Shown: one piece after another, positions 19,776 through 29,833 of the stretch
Numbering within the stretch: the stretch's first letter is position 1
Layout: each line of letters opens with the position of its first letter
Source: Planctomycetota bacterium
GTDB lineage: Bacteria > Planctomycetota > GCA-002687715 > CAIWVZ01
DNA: 64,000 nucleotides
Assembly (NCBI GenBank): GCA_044222185.1
Contig: JBGANV010000004.1
Span: 256,001-320,000, forward strand
Reading direction: 5' to 3'
Program-made: the position numbers and the translations under genes
The notes under the pieces: model-generated
What the model saw: only the letters and a program-made list of their open reading frames with translations
What the model was told of the DNA's origin: nothing
Database searches by the model: none

Positions 19776-20858
19776 ATGAGCCAACCTGCCGCCAAGCCGA
19801 TGCCGATGCCGCTGCCCGCGACCGGGTCCGTCGATACGGCCTGCCAGGACGCGCTCCTCCCGGGCGTCTCCCGCACCTTCGCGCTCACCATCCCGGAGCT
19901 CCCGGGCCCGCTCCGGCCGATCGTCACGAACGGCTACCTCCTCTGTCGGATCGCCGACACCATCGAGGACGAGCCGGCGCTCTCGCTGGACCAACGCTTC
20001 GAGTTCCACCGCCGATTCGCCGACGTCGTCGCCGGGCGGGCCGACGCGTCGGAGTTTGCCCGGGACCTCGCACCGCTGCTCTCCGACCGGACGCTTGCGA
20101 CCGAGCGCGACCTGGTGCGTCGATCGGCGGACGTGATCCGGGTGACGCATGCGTTCGCGCAGCGTCCACAGGCTGCGCTCCGGCGGTGCATTGAGGTGAT
20201 GTGCTCGGGGATGCCACGCTTCCATCGCGGGCGCGCAGGCGCCGGTCTCGCCGACGTCCCAGAACTCGAGGCCTACTGCTATCACGTCGCCGGTTGCGTG
20301 GGGGAGATGCTCACGGAGCTGTTCTGCGACTACTCACCCACGATCGACGCCCGTCGCAGGGGCCTCACGGAGCGCGCCGTCTCGTTCGGCCAGGGCCTTC
20401 AGATGACGAACATCTTGAAGGACATCTGGGAGGACCGCGAAAGGGGCTATTGCTGGCTCCCGCGCGATCTCTTCCTCCGCCACGGTTTCGACCTGAAGGA
20501 TCTCGCGCCGGGTCGATTCACGCCCGGTTTCGGGGCCGGTTTGAGTGAACTCATCGCGCTCGCCCATGGCAATCTCCGCGATGCGCTCGATTACACCCTG
20601 CTCATACCTGCGCAAGAGAGAGGGATCAGACGATTTTGTCTGTGGGCCCTCGGCATGGCGGTTCTGACCTTGCGAAAGATCCACGCCCATCGGAACTTCA
20701 CGGGCGCTCGAGAGGTCAAGATCTCGCGGCGTACCGTCAAAGCAACGATCATGGCGAGCAACCTCACGACCGGAAGCGACCGCATGCTGCGGTGGCTGTT
20801 CACGATCTGCGCGGCAGGCCTGCCTTCGGCGCGGCCGGCTGCGTGTGCGGAGGCGTAA
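19776..20858 (+). CDS. sqs: Squalene synthase (single-enzyme farnesyl-diphosphate farnesyltransferase type)
   Basis: LPGVSRTFALTI, YLLCRIADTIEDE, YCYHVAGCVG and GLQMTNILKDIWED motifs. Directly upstream of shc. Exact start uncertain. Confidence 0.82.
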   Translation: MSQPAAKPMPMPLPATGSVDTACQDALLPGVSRTFALTIPELPGPLRPIVTNGYLLCRIADTIEDEPALSLDQRFEFHRRFADVVAGRADASEFARDLAPLLSDRTLATERDLVRRSADVIRVTHAFAQRPQAALRRCIEVMCSGMPRFHRGRAGAGLADVPELEAYCYHVAGCVGEMLTELFCDYSPTIDARRRGLTERAVSFGQGLQMTNILKDIWEDRERGYCWLPRDLFLRHGFDLKDLAPGRFTPGFGAGLSELIALAHGNLRDALDYTLLIPAQERGIRRFCLWALGMAVLTLRKIHAHRNFTGAREVKISRRTVKATIMASNLTTGSDRMLRWLFTICAAGLPSARPAACAEA

Positions 20859-20861
20859 CGA

Positions 20862-22871
20862 GTGGAACGCGACGCATCGCCAGTCGTGAACGAGGGTGTT
20901 CCCACACGTCGCTCGGTGACCGCGCCCGCGTCCCGCTCGGTCCTGCCGAACGCGGGTTCCGTCCGGTTCGTGCCTGAGGCCGACCTCGAGCGAGCCATCG
21001 CCCGTGCGAGCGAGGCGTTGGCCCGCGAGCAGAACGCTCCCGGTGACTGGTGCTACCCGCTACAAGCCGACTGCACGATCCCGGCCGAGTACATCCTCAT
21101 GATGCACTTCATGGACGAGATCGACGTCGAGCTGCAACGGAAGCTCGCCGCAGGCCTTCGTCGGCATCAGGCGGATCACGGGGGCTGGCCGCTGTATCTC
21201 GGCGGCACCCTCGACGTCTCGTGCACGGTCAAGTGCTACTGGGCGTTGAAGCTCGCCGGCGACTCGCCGGATGCGCCGCACATGAAACGCGCCCGCGAGG
21301 CCGTGCTGGCCCGCGGCGGTGCAGCGAAGTCCAACGTCTTCACGCGATTCGCGCTCGCCATGTTCGGACAGATCCCTTGGCGTGGAGTGCCGTGGGTGCC
21401 TGTCGAGGTCATTCTGTTTCCGAGCTGGTTCCCGTTTCACCTGAGCAAGGTGTCCTACTGGTCGCGGACGGTGATGGTGCCGCTTTCGATCCTCTACTCG
21501 CTCCGCGCGCGGGCGAAGAACCCGACGGGGATCTCCATCGCGGAGCTGTTCGTCACGCCGCCGGATCGGGAGCGCAAGTACTTCCCCATCCGTTCGCGCA
21601 TGAACTGGCTCCTGCTCGCCATGGAACGTACGGCGCGCAAGCTCCGCTGGCTCATTCCCAAGGCGCTCCACCGACGTGCGTTGAAGGAGGCGACGGCCTG
21701 GTTCATCGCACGATTGAATGGCGTCGACGGGCTCGGTGGGATCTTCCCGGCGATGGTCAACTCCTACGAGGCGCTGCGCTTCATGGGTTACGGCCACGAT
21801 CACCCGCTGTCGGCGCAAGTGCGCGACTCGATCCGCCGGCTCGTCGTCGATCACGGCGACTGGGCGTGGTGCCAGCCGTGCCTCTCGCCGATCTGGGACA
21901 CGGCCATCGCGTCGTTCGCATTGACGGAAGCTCGCAGGACGACCGGCGGGCCGGTCGCGACGAAGGCCGCGTTCGCCGGCCTCGACTGGCTCGTGACGAA
22001 GCAGATCACGGACGGCCCGGCTGACTGGCGTGAATATCGCCCGAACCTCGCGCCCGGCGGGTGGCCATTCCAGTACCACAACTCCTACTATCCCGACCTC
22101 GACGACACCGCGATGGTGGCCTGGGCGATGGACGCCCTCGACCCCAAGCGGTATGCGTCGGCCGTCGACCTCGGAGTCGCCTGGCTCATCGGCATGCAGT
22201 CGCGCAATGGCGGCTTCGGAGCCTTCGACGCGGACAACACGCGGGGCTGGCTCAACGAGATCCCGTTTGCCGACCACGGCGCCCTGCTGGACCCGCCGAC
22301 CGCCGACGTCACCGGTCGCGTCGTCGCCATCCTCTCGCGTCGCAAGCGCCCGGAAGAGCGTCACGCACTCGATCGGGCCCTCGACTTCCTCTACCGCGAG
22401 CAGGAGCCGTTCGGAGGATGGTTCGGACGGTGGGGGACGAACTACATCTACGGGACGTGGTCGGTCCTGACCGGCCTCGAGACGGTGGACGACCCGCGCA
22501 AGCACGAACACGTCGCGCGTGCCGTGAAATGGTTGCACTCCGTTCAGCGCGCCGACGGCAGCTGGGGCGAGACCAATGACTCCTACGCCAATCGCACGTT
22601 CGCGGGTGCGGGGCAGGAGGGGACCTCCTTCAGCACGGCCTGGGCCCTGCTCGCGCTCATGGCGGCGGGCACGTGGGATACGCCCGAGGTCCGTCGTGGC
22701 GTCGCGTGGCTCCTTCGTCACCAGGGTGATGACGCGTTGTGGTCCGAGGAGTGGTTCACCGCGCCGGGGTTCCCGCGAGTCTTCTATCTGCGGTACCACG
22801 GCTACAGCCGCTATTTCCCACTCTGGGCCATCGCGCGGTATCGCGCGTTGTCCTCGTCAGCCGCGCGGTAG
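20862..22871 (+). CDS. shc: Squalene-hopene cyclase
   Basis: CTIPAEY, QPCLSPIWDTA, catalytic YYPDLDDTA (DXDD), IPFADHGALLDPPT, GRWGTNYIYGT, QW repeats and GFPRVFYLRYHGY. Confidence 0.97.
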   Translation: MERDASPVVNEGVPTRRSVTAPASRSVLPNAGSVRFVPEADLERAIARASEALAREQNAPGDWCYPLQADCTIPAEYILMMHFMDEIDVELQRKLAAGLRRHQADHGGWPLYLGGTLDVSCTVKCYWALKLAGDSPDAPHMKRAREAVLARGGAAKSNVFTRFALAMFGQIPWRGVPWVPVEVILFPSWFPFHLSKVSYWSRTVMVPLSILYSLRARAKNPTGISIAELFVTPPDRERKYFPIRSRMNWLLLAMERTARKLRWLIPKALHRRALKEATAWFIARLNGVDGLGGIFPAMVNSYEALRFMGYGHDHPLSAQVRDSIRRLVVDHGDWAWCQPCLSPIWDTAIASFALTEARRTTGGPVATKAAFAGLDWLVTKQITDGPADWREYRPNLAPGGWPFQYHNSYYPDLDDTAMVAWAMDALDPKRYASAVDLGVAWLIGMQSRNGGFGAFDADNTRGWLNEIPFADHGALLDPPTADVTGRVVAILSRRKRPEERHALDRALDFLYREQEPFGGWFGRWGTNYIYGTWSVLTGLETVDDPRKHEHVARAVKWLHSVQRADGSWGETNDSYANRTFAGAGQEGTSFSTAWALLALMAAGTWDTPEVRRGVAWLLRHQGDDALWSEEWFTAPGFPRVFYLRYHGYSRYFPLWAIARYRALSSSAAR

Positions 22872-22886
22872 ACGGGCTCGGGCGTC

Positions 22887-23594
22887 ATGACCCGAATCGG
22901 GTTCCTGGCGGCAGGGGTCATCGAAGGGGAATGCCTGCTGCGCGGTGCGTGCCCCGGCCTTCAACGGCGGCCCGATGGATCCACGCTCGCCGTGTCCGGC
23001 ATGGGGCGCGACCTGGCACGTTCCGCCTCGCGCCTGCTCGTCGCCGACGGATGCTCCGGGCTCGTCAGCGTCGGAGTTGCGGGCGCACTCGACCCCGCAC
23101 TCCGTCCCGCCGACCTCGTCGTGCCCGAGGGAGTCGTGACCGCGGACGGCCGGCGCCTGCGCGCCGATCCCGCGTGGTCCGATCGGGTGACGCTGGCTGC
23201 CGGCGGGCGCACGGTTCGTGGGTGGCTCGCCGAGGCCCTATCCGTGGTCACCACACCCGCCGCGAAGTCCGATCTCCATCGGCGCACGTCATCGGTGGGC
23301 GTCGACATGGAAACGGCCGCGCTCGCCGAAGTCGCGGCCGAGTCCGGGCTGCCGTGGATCGCGCTGCGTGTGATCGCGGACGGCGCGGGCGACGTCGTCC
23401 CCGACGCGGTGCTCGGCGAGGCCCTCGATCAATTCGGTCGGCCGAGGCTCGGGCGCCTCGTGGGTCGACTGCTCGCGCGGCCGACGCAGATCCCGGCGGT
23501 GATCAGGCTCGGGCGCAACTCGTCTCGTGCACTCGCGCGCCTGCGAACGTTGGCGGAGCGCGGGATCCCCAGCGTTTCGATCCCCCCGAAATGA
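22887..23594 (+). CDS. hpnG: Hopanoid-associated phosphorylase (PNP/MTAN family)
   Basis: SVGVAGALDP, VDMETAA and LRVIAD motifs. Immediately after shc. Confidence 0.85.
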   Translation: MTRIGFLAAGVIEGECLLRGACPGLQRRPDGSTLAVSGMGRDLARSASRLLVADGCSGLVSVGVAGALDPALRPADLVVPEGVVTADGRRLRADPAWSDRVTLAAGGRTVRGWLAEALSVVTTPAAKSDLHRRTSSVGVDMETAALAEVAAESGLPWIALRVIADGAGDVVPDAVLGEALDQFGRPRLGRLVGRLLARPTQIPAVIRLGRNSSRALARLRTLAERGIPSVSIPPK

Positions 23595-23672
23595 GAACGG
23601 GCCCCGCCATGCGGAGCCCGTCGTGGTCGATCGCGCCGCGTGGATTCCTCCACGCGTCAGCTCAACGACGAA

Positions 23673-24701
23673 TCACCAAGTGACCTGCACGACGTTCGTG
23701 CGGCCCAGATACGTGAATCCGAGCCCGAACGAGATGTCGACGAAGCGCCAGGTCTGGCCTGCGAGGCTGCTCAGCGTCCCCGCGGGCAACACGAGCGGCG
23801 AGTCGGGGAACAGGCCTGGGAAGCCGCTGATCCAGTGGAGCGGATTCCCTGGAGCTGCCGGCGTGCTGAAGATGCTGAAGGTGAGCGCGTCGGGAACGAT
23901 GCCGACGAGCGGCCCCTGGCCGACGGGCGTCGACGTATCGAGGGTCACGAGCGTGTAGCCCTCCGTCTGGCCCACGGGCGGGTTGGTGATCGACAGCGTC
24001 GCGTCGCCGACGCCGCCGCCCGAGGTCAGGACGTCGAGCCGGTAGCCGAAGTCGAACGTCAGGCGGATCCGGAACCCGAGCGTGCCGGTCGTCGTCGTTG
24101 CCGTGCCCGGCGCCGGGTCGAACGACGTCGTGCCGTGACGCGTGTAAGGCGTGCCCGTGCCGGCGATCGTCGGTGCCGTGTAGACCGAGGGAGCACCGGT
24201 GAGGCCGGCGCCTCGGCTGATCTGGATGCCGATGTTCGAGACACCATCCCACTGGAACAGCGCACCGCTACGAATCGGGATCGACGACCACTGACCGGCC
24301 ACCCACGGGAACGTGAGGGTTCCGTCGACCGTCGAATCCCACATGAGGGTGGGCGCAACGAGGTTGGAGACCCAGCCGGTCGTCGTCGGTGCAGCAACCA
24401 TGTTCCCGATCCAGTTCTTCGCGATGGGAACGACGCACGGTGACGGCCCGCTCGAGGTCGTGAACGGCGAGAACGCCACGTCCGTGAGGTTCATGCTCGG
24501 CGTGATTCCCGCTGCGAGCAGGGTCGCCGCCGGGTAGATGCAGAACGTCGTGTAGCCGCCCGTCGGCGCCGTGTTGAACGGGAACGCGTTCGATGCGCCG
24601 GTGTTCGGGACGTTGTCAGGGAAGTAGACGATGTTCTGAGCGGAGACGGACGCGGTGCAGAGGAGCACCGCGACCGCGAGGCAGGAGTACAACTTTCGCA
24701 T
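23673..24701 (-). CDS. Secreted hypothetical protein with conserved C-terminal module
   Basis: GAGG RBS, signal peptide MRKLYSCLAVAVLLCTASVSA-Q, Thr/Gly-rich. Ends ...LSSLAGQTWRFVDISFGLGFTYLGRTNVVQVTW. Confidence 0.78.
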   Translation of the reverse strand: MRKLYSCLAVAVLLCTASVSAQNIVYFPDNVPNTGASNAFPFNTAPTGGYTTFCIYPAATLLAAGITPSMNLTDVAFSPFTTSSGPSPCVVPIAKNWIGNMVAAPTTTGWVSNLVAPTLMWDSTVDGTLTFPWVAGQWSSIPIRSGALFQWDGVSNIGIQISRGAGLTGAPSVYTAPTIAGTGTPYTRHGTTSFDPAPGTATTTTGTLGFRIRLTFDFGYRLDVLTSGGGVGDATLSITNPPVGQTEGYTLVTLDTSTPVGQGPLVGIVPDALTFSIFSTPAAPGNPLHWISGFPGLFPDSPLVLPAGTLSSLAGQTWRFVDISFGLGFTYLGRTNVVQVTW

Positions 24702-24891
24702 GTCGGGACCTCGTTCGTTCGGGAGAAATGAGGCCGCTCCGTGCACGCGTGCACACGGTGGCGGACCCAACGGCAACGCCGCCGAGTGTAAGCCCGAAGC
24801 CCGGAATGGTCGAGCCGAAGTTTTCGCGAGCGGGTTCACCGGGAACCGGCGGCGCGGCCACGCTGGCGCCGAAGGGCGTCGCTGCCGCAAA

Positions 24892-25881
24892 TCACTGGCC
24901 CAGGTAGCCGTTCTCCCCGTACCACGCCACGGCCCGAGCGGCTGCGTCCTCGAGCGACGCCGGCAAGAACCCCAACTCTCGGCGTGCCTTTGAGGGGTCG
25001 AAATACATGAAATGCCGTGCGAGCCGTGCGCCTTCCAGCGGCACGGCGGGCTCGGAACGGGTCATCCACGCGATGGCTTCGCTCGCGGCTGCGGCGGAGC
25101 ACGCCACCCAGTGGGGGATCTTCCAGCGAGGTGCCCGGCGGCCCGACAGGGTCCCGATGAGTTCGAGGAACTCCCGCAGGTGCATGTTTCGATCCCCGAG
25201 GATGTAGATCTCGCCGGGCTTCCCGCGCTCGGCAGCGAGCATGTGGCCGCGGGCGACGGACTCGACGTCGACGAAGTTGAGCCCCGTGTCCACGTACGCG
25301 GGGATCTTGCCCTTCAAGAAGTCCACGATGGTCTTTCCCGTCGGGGTCGGCTTGGCGTCGAAGGGGCCGATCGGGGTCGACGGGTTGACGATGACGACGG
25401 GCAGACCGTCGGACGCGAACGACCGGGCTACCTCCTGGGCCAGGAATTTGGAGCGCTTGTAGTGACCGACCATGTCGGCAAGCGATACGGGGGTCGTTTC
25501 GTCCACGATTCCGCCGCCGCTCGTCGTCGCAAGGGCGCCGACGCTGCTCGTGTAGACGATGCGCTTGACGCCCGCGTCGCCGCAGGCTCGCAGGAGGTTC
25601 CGCGTGCCGTCGACGTTCGAGGTGTAGAGGTCCGCCGACCGGCGCGATGAGAACGTATAGGTCGCCGCCACGTGGAACACGCGATCGACCCCGCGCATCG
25701 CCGATGCGAGCGCCGCGGGATCGCGCAGGTCGCCCACGACGATCTCGGCGCGAAGCGTCGCCAGGTGACCTGTCGGGCTCGTTCCTCGAACCAGCAGACG
25801 GAGTGGCTCGCCCTCGGACGCGAGGAGGCGGGCCACGTGATATCCGACGAATCCGCTGGCTCCGGTGACGAGTGTGGTCAT
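24892..25881 (-). CDS. hpnA: Hopanoid-associated sugar epimerase (extended SDR)
   Basis: LVTGASGFVG, GHYKRSKF, VIVNPSTPIGP.D.KPTPTG, PAYVDTGLN and YILG motifs. Confidence 0.9.
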   Translation of the reverse strand: MTTLVTGASGFVGYHVARLLASEGEPLRLLVRGTSPTGHLATLRAEIVVGDLRDPAALASAMRGVDRVFHVAATYTFSSRRSADLYTSNVDGTRNLLRACGDAGVKRIVYTSSVGALATTSGGGIVDETTPVSLADMVGHYKRSKFLAQEVARSFASDGLPVVIVNPSTPIGPFDAKPTPTGKTIVDFLKGKIPAYVDTGLNFVDVESVARGHMLAAERGKPGEIYILGDRNMHLREFLELIGTLSGRRAPRWKIPHWVACSAAAASEAIAWMTRSEPAVPLEGARLARHFMYFDPSKARRELGFLPASLEDAAARAVAWYGENGYLGQ

Positions 25882-25987
25882 GGCGTGCTCGAGGGCTCCT
25901 TGTGTCACCGCCGGGGTCGCGTCGGAAGAGGGCCGCGTCGATCCGCCGCCGTTCCCCTGGCCTGCGCGGTGCGTATCATCCGGCCCC

Positions 25988-28720
25988 ATGCCACGCGGGC
26001 GCACCGACGCACTCATCGATTGGTGGGCGGACCTCATCACCCGGCGGCCCATGGCGGTCCTCGTGGCCGGTCTGGCCATCGTTGCCGCCAGCCTGTGGGT
26101 CACGGCCGCGCGGCTCACGTTCCAATCGGACCGCAACGACCTCCTCGCCCGGGACATTCCCTGGAATCAGCGGTTCGTCGCCTACCAGGCGGACTTCCCC
26201 GGGGACGACGACCTGCTCGTCGTGGTGAAGGTGCCCTCCGAGAATGACGGTCCCGCGAGGGCTCGCGCGTTCGTCCGCGACCTCGCGGGCGCCCTCGCCG
26301 CGCGACCCGACCGGGTCCGGCTCGTCCAGTGGGGGTACTCGGACGACGATGCGTCGCCGGCGGCCGCGCGGGTGCTTCCCATGCCCGAGTTCGAGTCCAC
26401 GCTGGCTGAACTCGCCGATTCGAAGACGTTGCTCGTCGCCCCGGACGTCTCCCGCTTCATCGGCGGGATCGCCGCGCGCCTGCGGGAGGGCAGTCGCGAG
26501 ACGGATGCTCGCCGCGCCTTGGACGACGTCCGAGGGCTCGATGCCGTCGTCGGGGCCGTCGAGTCGGCGCTCTCGGGCTCGGACCCCGCGGCGGCGCTTC
26601 GCGCTCTCGAGTCGCGCGGAGATCGAGGCTGGCACTTTCTCGAGAGCGACGACGGGCGCCTCCTGTTCATCAAGCTGCGACCCGAACTCGCCGTGTCCGA
26701 GCTGGACGCGATGGCGCCGACGGCCGCGCTCGCCCGCGAGACGATCTCGGCGCTACACGGCGCGCACCCGGGGATCGAGGCAGGCCTCTCCGGCGTCCCC
26801 GTGATCGAGCACGACGAGACGACGATCTCCATGCAGGACTCGACGTGGTGCTCGGTGATCTCCATCGTCGGCATCGTGGCGTTGATGATGCTCGCCCACG
26901 GCGGGTGGCGTCTGACGGCCCTCGCCCTGGTCTCGCTCCTTTGCGGGATCGCATGGAGCTTCGGATTCCTCACCGTCGCCATCGGTCACCTGCAGATCCT
27001 CTCGGTCGCGTTCACGTCGATCCTGCTGGGGCTCGGCATCGACTACGCGATCTACCTCGGCACGCGATACGAGGTGGAGCGCCATGCGCACCCGGCAGGC
27101 GTGGACGGGTTCCGCGCGACGCTCCGCGAAACCCTCCGGACGACCGGCCCGGCCGTCGTGACGGGGGCCGTGACACCGGCGCTTGCGTTCGGCACGACGT
27201 TGTTCACCGACTTCAAGGGCATGGCGGAGATGGGGCTCATCGCGGGCGTCGGGATCCTCCTGTGCCTCATCGCAGCGCTCACGGTGTTCCCGGCGATGCT
27301 GCGGCTGTTCCTGCGCGACCCCGACTCGGTCCGCCTCTCGCACGATCGGGGAGTGAAGGTGTTCGATCCCCGATGGTCCATGCCCTTCGCACGGCGACCG
27401 CGCGCGACGCTCCTCGTCGGCGGGTTGCTCGTCCTCGCGTGCACACCCGCGACCCTGCGGTTGCGCTACGACTACAACCTGATGAACCTGCAGGCCGACG
27501 GCACGCCATCCGTCGAATGGCAGAAGCTGATCTTCGAACACAGCTCGCAGGCGATCTGGAGCGGGGCGTCGATCGCGCCCGATCTGGCGGCGGCGCGCGC
27601 TCGCACCGAGGCCTTCCGAAGGTTGCCCACGGTCGCGAGCGTCGGCGGCGCAGGCCTCCTCTTCCCGCCAGATGAGCGGGAGAAGCTTGCGAAACTCGGC
27701 GAACTCCGCGCGAGGATCGGTAGCGGACTCGAGCGTCCAACCAGCCGTCCGGCCGTTCCGCAGGCTGGCCAGATCTCGCTGGAGCTCCGCGCACTCGCAC
27801 TCGGCATCACGGTGTCCCTCGGTCAGGTCCCCAAGGACGAGGTGGATCTCACGCGCGCCCTCACGGCCTTGAAGGAGCGCCTGCAGCGTACGGCGGACGT
27901 GGTGAGCAAGCTCTCGCCCGCGGACGCTTCCGCGCGCGTCGAGGCGTTGCACGGCGCATACCTCGACTGGCGCGAGACCGTTCGTGCGCGGGTAGCCGGT
28001 GCGCTCGATTCGCGCCCCCTCACCGCCGCTGATCTTCCCGCGGTCGTCCGCAACGACATCGTGGGGAAGGACGGCAAGCTGCTCGTGAAGGTCTTCCCCG
28101 CGGGCGACGTCTGGGAGCCCTCGCGAATGGAGGCGTTCCTGGCGGACACGGGCCCCGTCGATCCGGAGATGACGGGGCCGCCCGTCCAGGTGTACCTGTC
28201 GGCGCTTCTCATCAAGAACAGCTACGCCTGGGCCGGCCTGTACGCGTTCATCGCGGTGCTGATCGCGTTGATCTTCGATTTCCGACGGGTCGGTGACGCG
28301 CTCCTGGCGCTGTTGCCTGTCGGAGTGGCGTTTCTCGTGACGTTTGGAGTGATGCTCGCCGCTGGGACGGACGTGAATCCCGCGAACATCATCATCCTGC
28401 CCCTCCTGTTCGGGATCGGCGTCGAGTCCGGCGTGCACATGCTGCATCGCGACCGACTCCATCCCGACGAGGTCCCGCCCGGCCTGACCGCCGGCACCGG
28501 CAAGGGCGTCGTCATGGCGACGCTCACGACGATCATGGGGTTTGGATCCATGCTGCTCGGGCATCATCGCGGCATCCGGAGCCTCGGGTTCGTGGTTTCC
28601 GTCGGCATGACGGTGATCCTGGTCGTCTGCATCGTCGTGATGCCGGCAGTTCTCGAGCAGCGGCGCCGCGTGCGTCGGAGAGCGTCCGGAGGGGAATCCG
28701 ATCGGAGGGGCGCTTCGTAA
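25988..28720 (+). CDS. hpnN: Hopanoid RND/MMPL transporter
   Basis: Two 1+5 TM repeats with GLGIDYAI, DFKGMAEMGLIAG, NPANIIILPLLFGIG and HHRGIRSLG. Confidence 0.9.
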   Translation: MPRGRTDALIDWWADLITRRPMAVLVAGLAIVAASLWVTAARLTFQSDRNDLLARDIPWNQRFVAYQADFPGDDDLLVVVKVPSENDGPARARAFVRDLAGALAARPDRVRLVQWGYSDDDASPAAARVLPMPEFESTLAELADSKTLLVAPDVSRFIGGIAARLREGSRETDARRALDDVRGLDAVVGAVESALSGSDPAAALRALESRGDRGWHFLESDDGRLLFIKLRPELAVSELDAMAPTAALARETISALHGAHPGIEAGLSGVPVIEHDETTISMQDSTWCSVISIVGIVALMMLAHGGWRLTALALVSLLCGIAWSFGFLTVAIGHLQILSVAFTSILLGLGIDYAIYLGTRYEVERHAHPAGVDGFRATLRETLRTTGPAVVTGAVTPALAFGTTLFTDFKGMAEMGLIAGVGILLCLIAALTVFPAMLRLFLRDPDSVRLSHDRGVKVFDPRWSMPFARRPRATLLVGGLLVLACTPATLRLRYDYNLMNLQADGTPSVEWQKLIFEHSSQAIWSGASIAPDLAAARARTEAFRRLPTVASVGGAGLLFPPDEREKLAKLGELRARIGSGLERPTSRPAVPQAGQISLELRALALGITVSLGQVPKDEVDLTRALTALKERLQRTADVVSKLSPADASARVEALHGAYLDWRETVRARVAGALDSRPLTAADLPAVVRNDIVGKDGKLLVKVFPAGDVWEPSRMEAFLADTGPVDPEMTGPPVQVYLSALLIKNSYAWAGLYAFIAVLIALIFDFRRVGDALLALLPVGVAFLVTFGVMLAAGTDVNPANIIILPLLFGIGVESGVHMLHRDRLHPDEVPPGLTAGTGKGVVMATLTTIMGFGSMLLGHHRGIRSLGFVVSVGMTVILVVCIVVMPAVLEQRRRVRRRASGGESDRRGAS

Positions 28721-28804
28721 CGTCCAGAGCCGATCGGCATCCAAGGGCCCTGGCCCCGTCCGCTCTCGTTGTCCTCGTCGGGACGACATGGGAGGTTTGC
28801 GCGC

Positions 28805-29806
28805 GTGCGTCGAATCCACGTCATCGTCATCCTGCTCGGGCTCGGGCTGTTCACGGTCCTGATCGCCCGCATCGGGGTGGATGCTCTGGTTCGCGACGCC
28901 GCGGGCGTGGGGTGGTGGTTCGTGCCGATCATCGTGCTCTCCGGCGTCGAGCATTGGATGCACGCCATGGGCTGGCGGCTCTGCATGGAACCGAGCCAGC
29001 GGCCCGGGAGATTGCACGTCTTCGGGGCGCACCTCGCCGGGAACGCCATCTCCTTCGTCACGCCGACGGCGACGGTCGGGGGTGAAGTCGTTCGCGCGGC
29101 CCTGATGCCGCCTGGATATCCCGCGCAGCAAGTGGTCGCCGTGCTGACGATCGACCGCCTCGCCTGGTCGTTGGCGGATGCCGCGCTCGCCCTCGCGGGC
29201 GTGACGTGCCTCTTGATCCTGGCGCCACTCTCCATGGAGATCCGCTGGGGACTTCTCTCGGGCCTGGTTGCGATCGCGGTCGGAGTCGGCGTGTTCCTGT
29301 GGCTACAGCGTCGCGGAACGCTCGTGAGCGTGCTGACCGGGAACCGGATCGTCCGCAAGCTGTGCGGCCCGGCGTTCGTCGATCGCCTCGCCCGTGGCGG
29401 CGCCGAGATCGACGGGCGCATTCGCGCATTCCACCAGGATCGCAGCGGAACGTTCCAGCTCAGCATCGCGCTGCATTTCGCCGGAACCTGCATGGGTGCG
29501 ACGCAGCTCGCGTGCTTCTTGTGGTCCAAGGGATTGGACGCGGGAATTGGAACGCTCACGCCGTTGTTCCTCGTTGGCGTCGCCGTGGACCTCGTCGCGT
29601 TCTTCGTCCCCGCGAGGATCGGCGTTCAGGAAGGGTCGCGCGAACTCGCGACGTCGCTCATGGGGCTCGGATCGGCGCTGGGACTCGTCTACTCGCTCGT
29701 GCTACGCGTCGAGCAGGTGCTGTGGACGGGCGTCGGTCTCATCGTCTACGGAGTGATGGCACGCCGCCGCCGCGCCAGTCTTCTGGCACGCGAGGCCACT
29801 GGCTAA
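28805..29806 (+). CDS. Lysylphosphatidylglycerol-synthase TM domain (flippase-like) protein, HpnL-like
   Basis: GGAGG RBS before GTG 28805. TPTATVGGEVVRA and FFVPARIGVQEG motifs, in hopanoid context. Confidence 0.78.
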   Translation: MRRIHVIVILLGLGLFTVLIARIGVDALVRDAAGVGWWFVPIIVLSGVEHWMHAMGWRLCMEPSQRPGRLHVFGAHLAGNAISFVTPTATVGGEVVRAALMPPGYPAQQVVAVLTIDRLAWSLADAALALAGVTCLLILAPLSMEIRWGLLSGLVAIAVGVGVFLWLQRRGTLVSVLTGNRIVRKLCGPAFVDRLARGGAEIDGRIRAFHQDRSGTFQLSIALHFAGTCMGATQLACFLWSKGLDAGIGTLTPLFLVGVAVDLVAFFVPARIGVQEGSRELATSLMGLGSALGLVYSLVLRVEQVLWTGVGLIVYGVMARRRRASLLAREATG

Positions 29807-29833
29807 CCTTCGCCGCTTTCACTGGGGCCCCTC

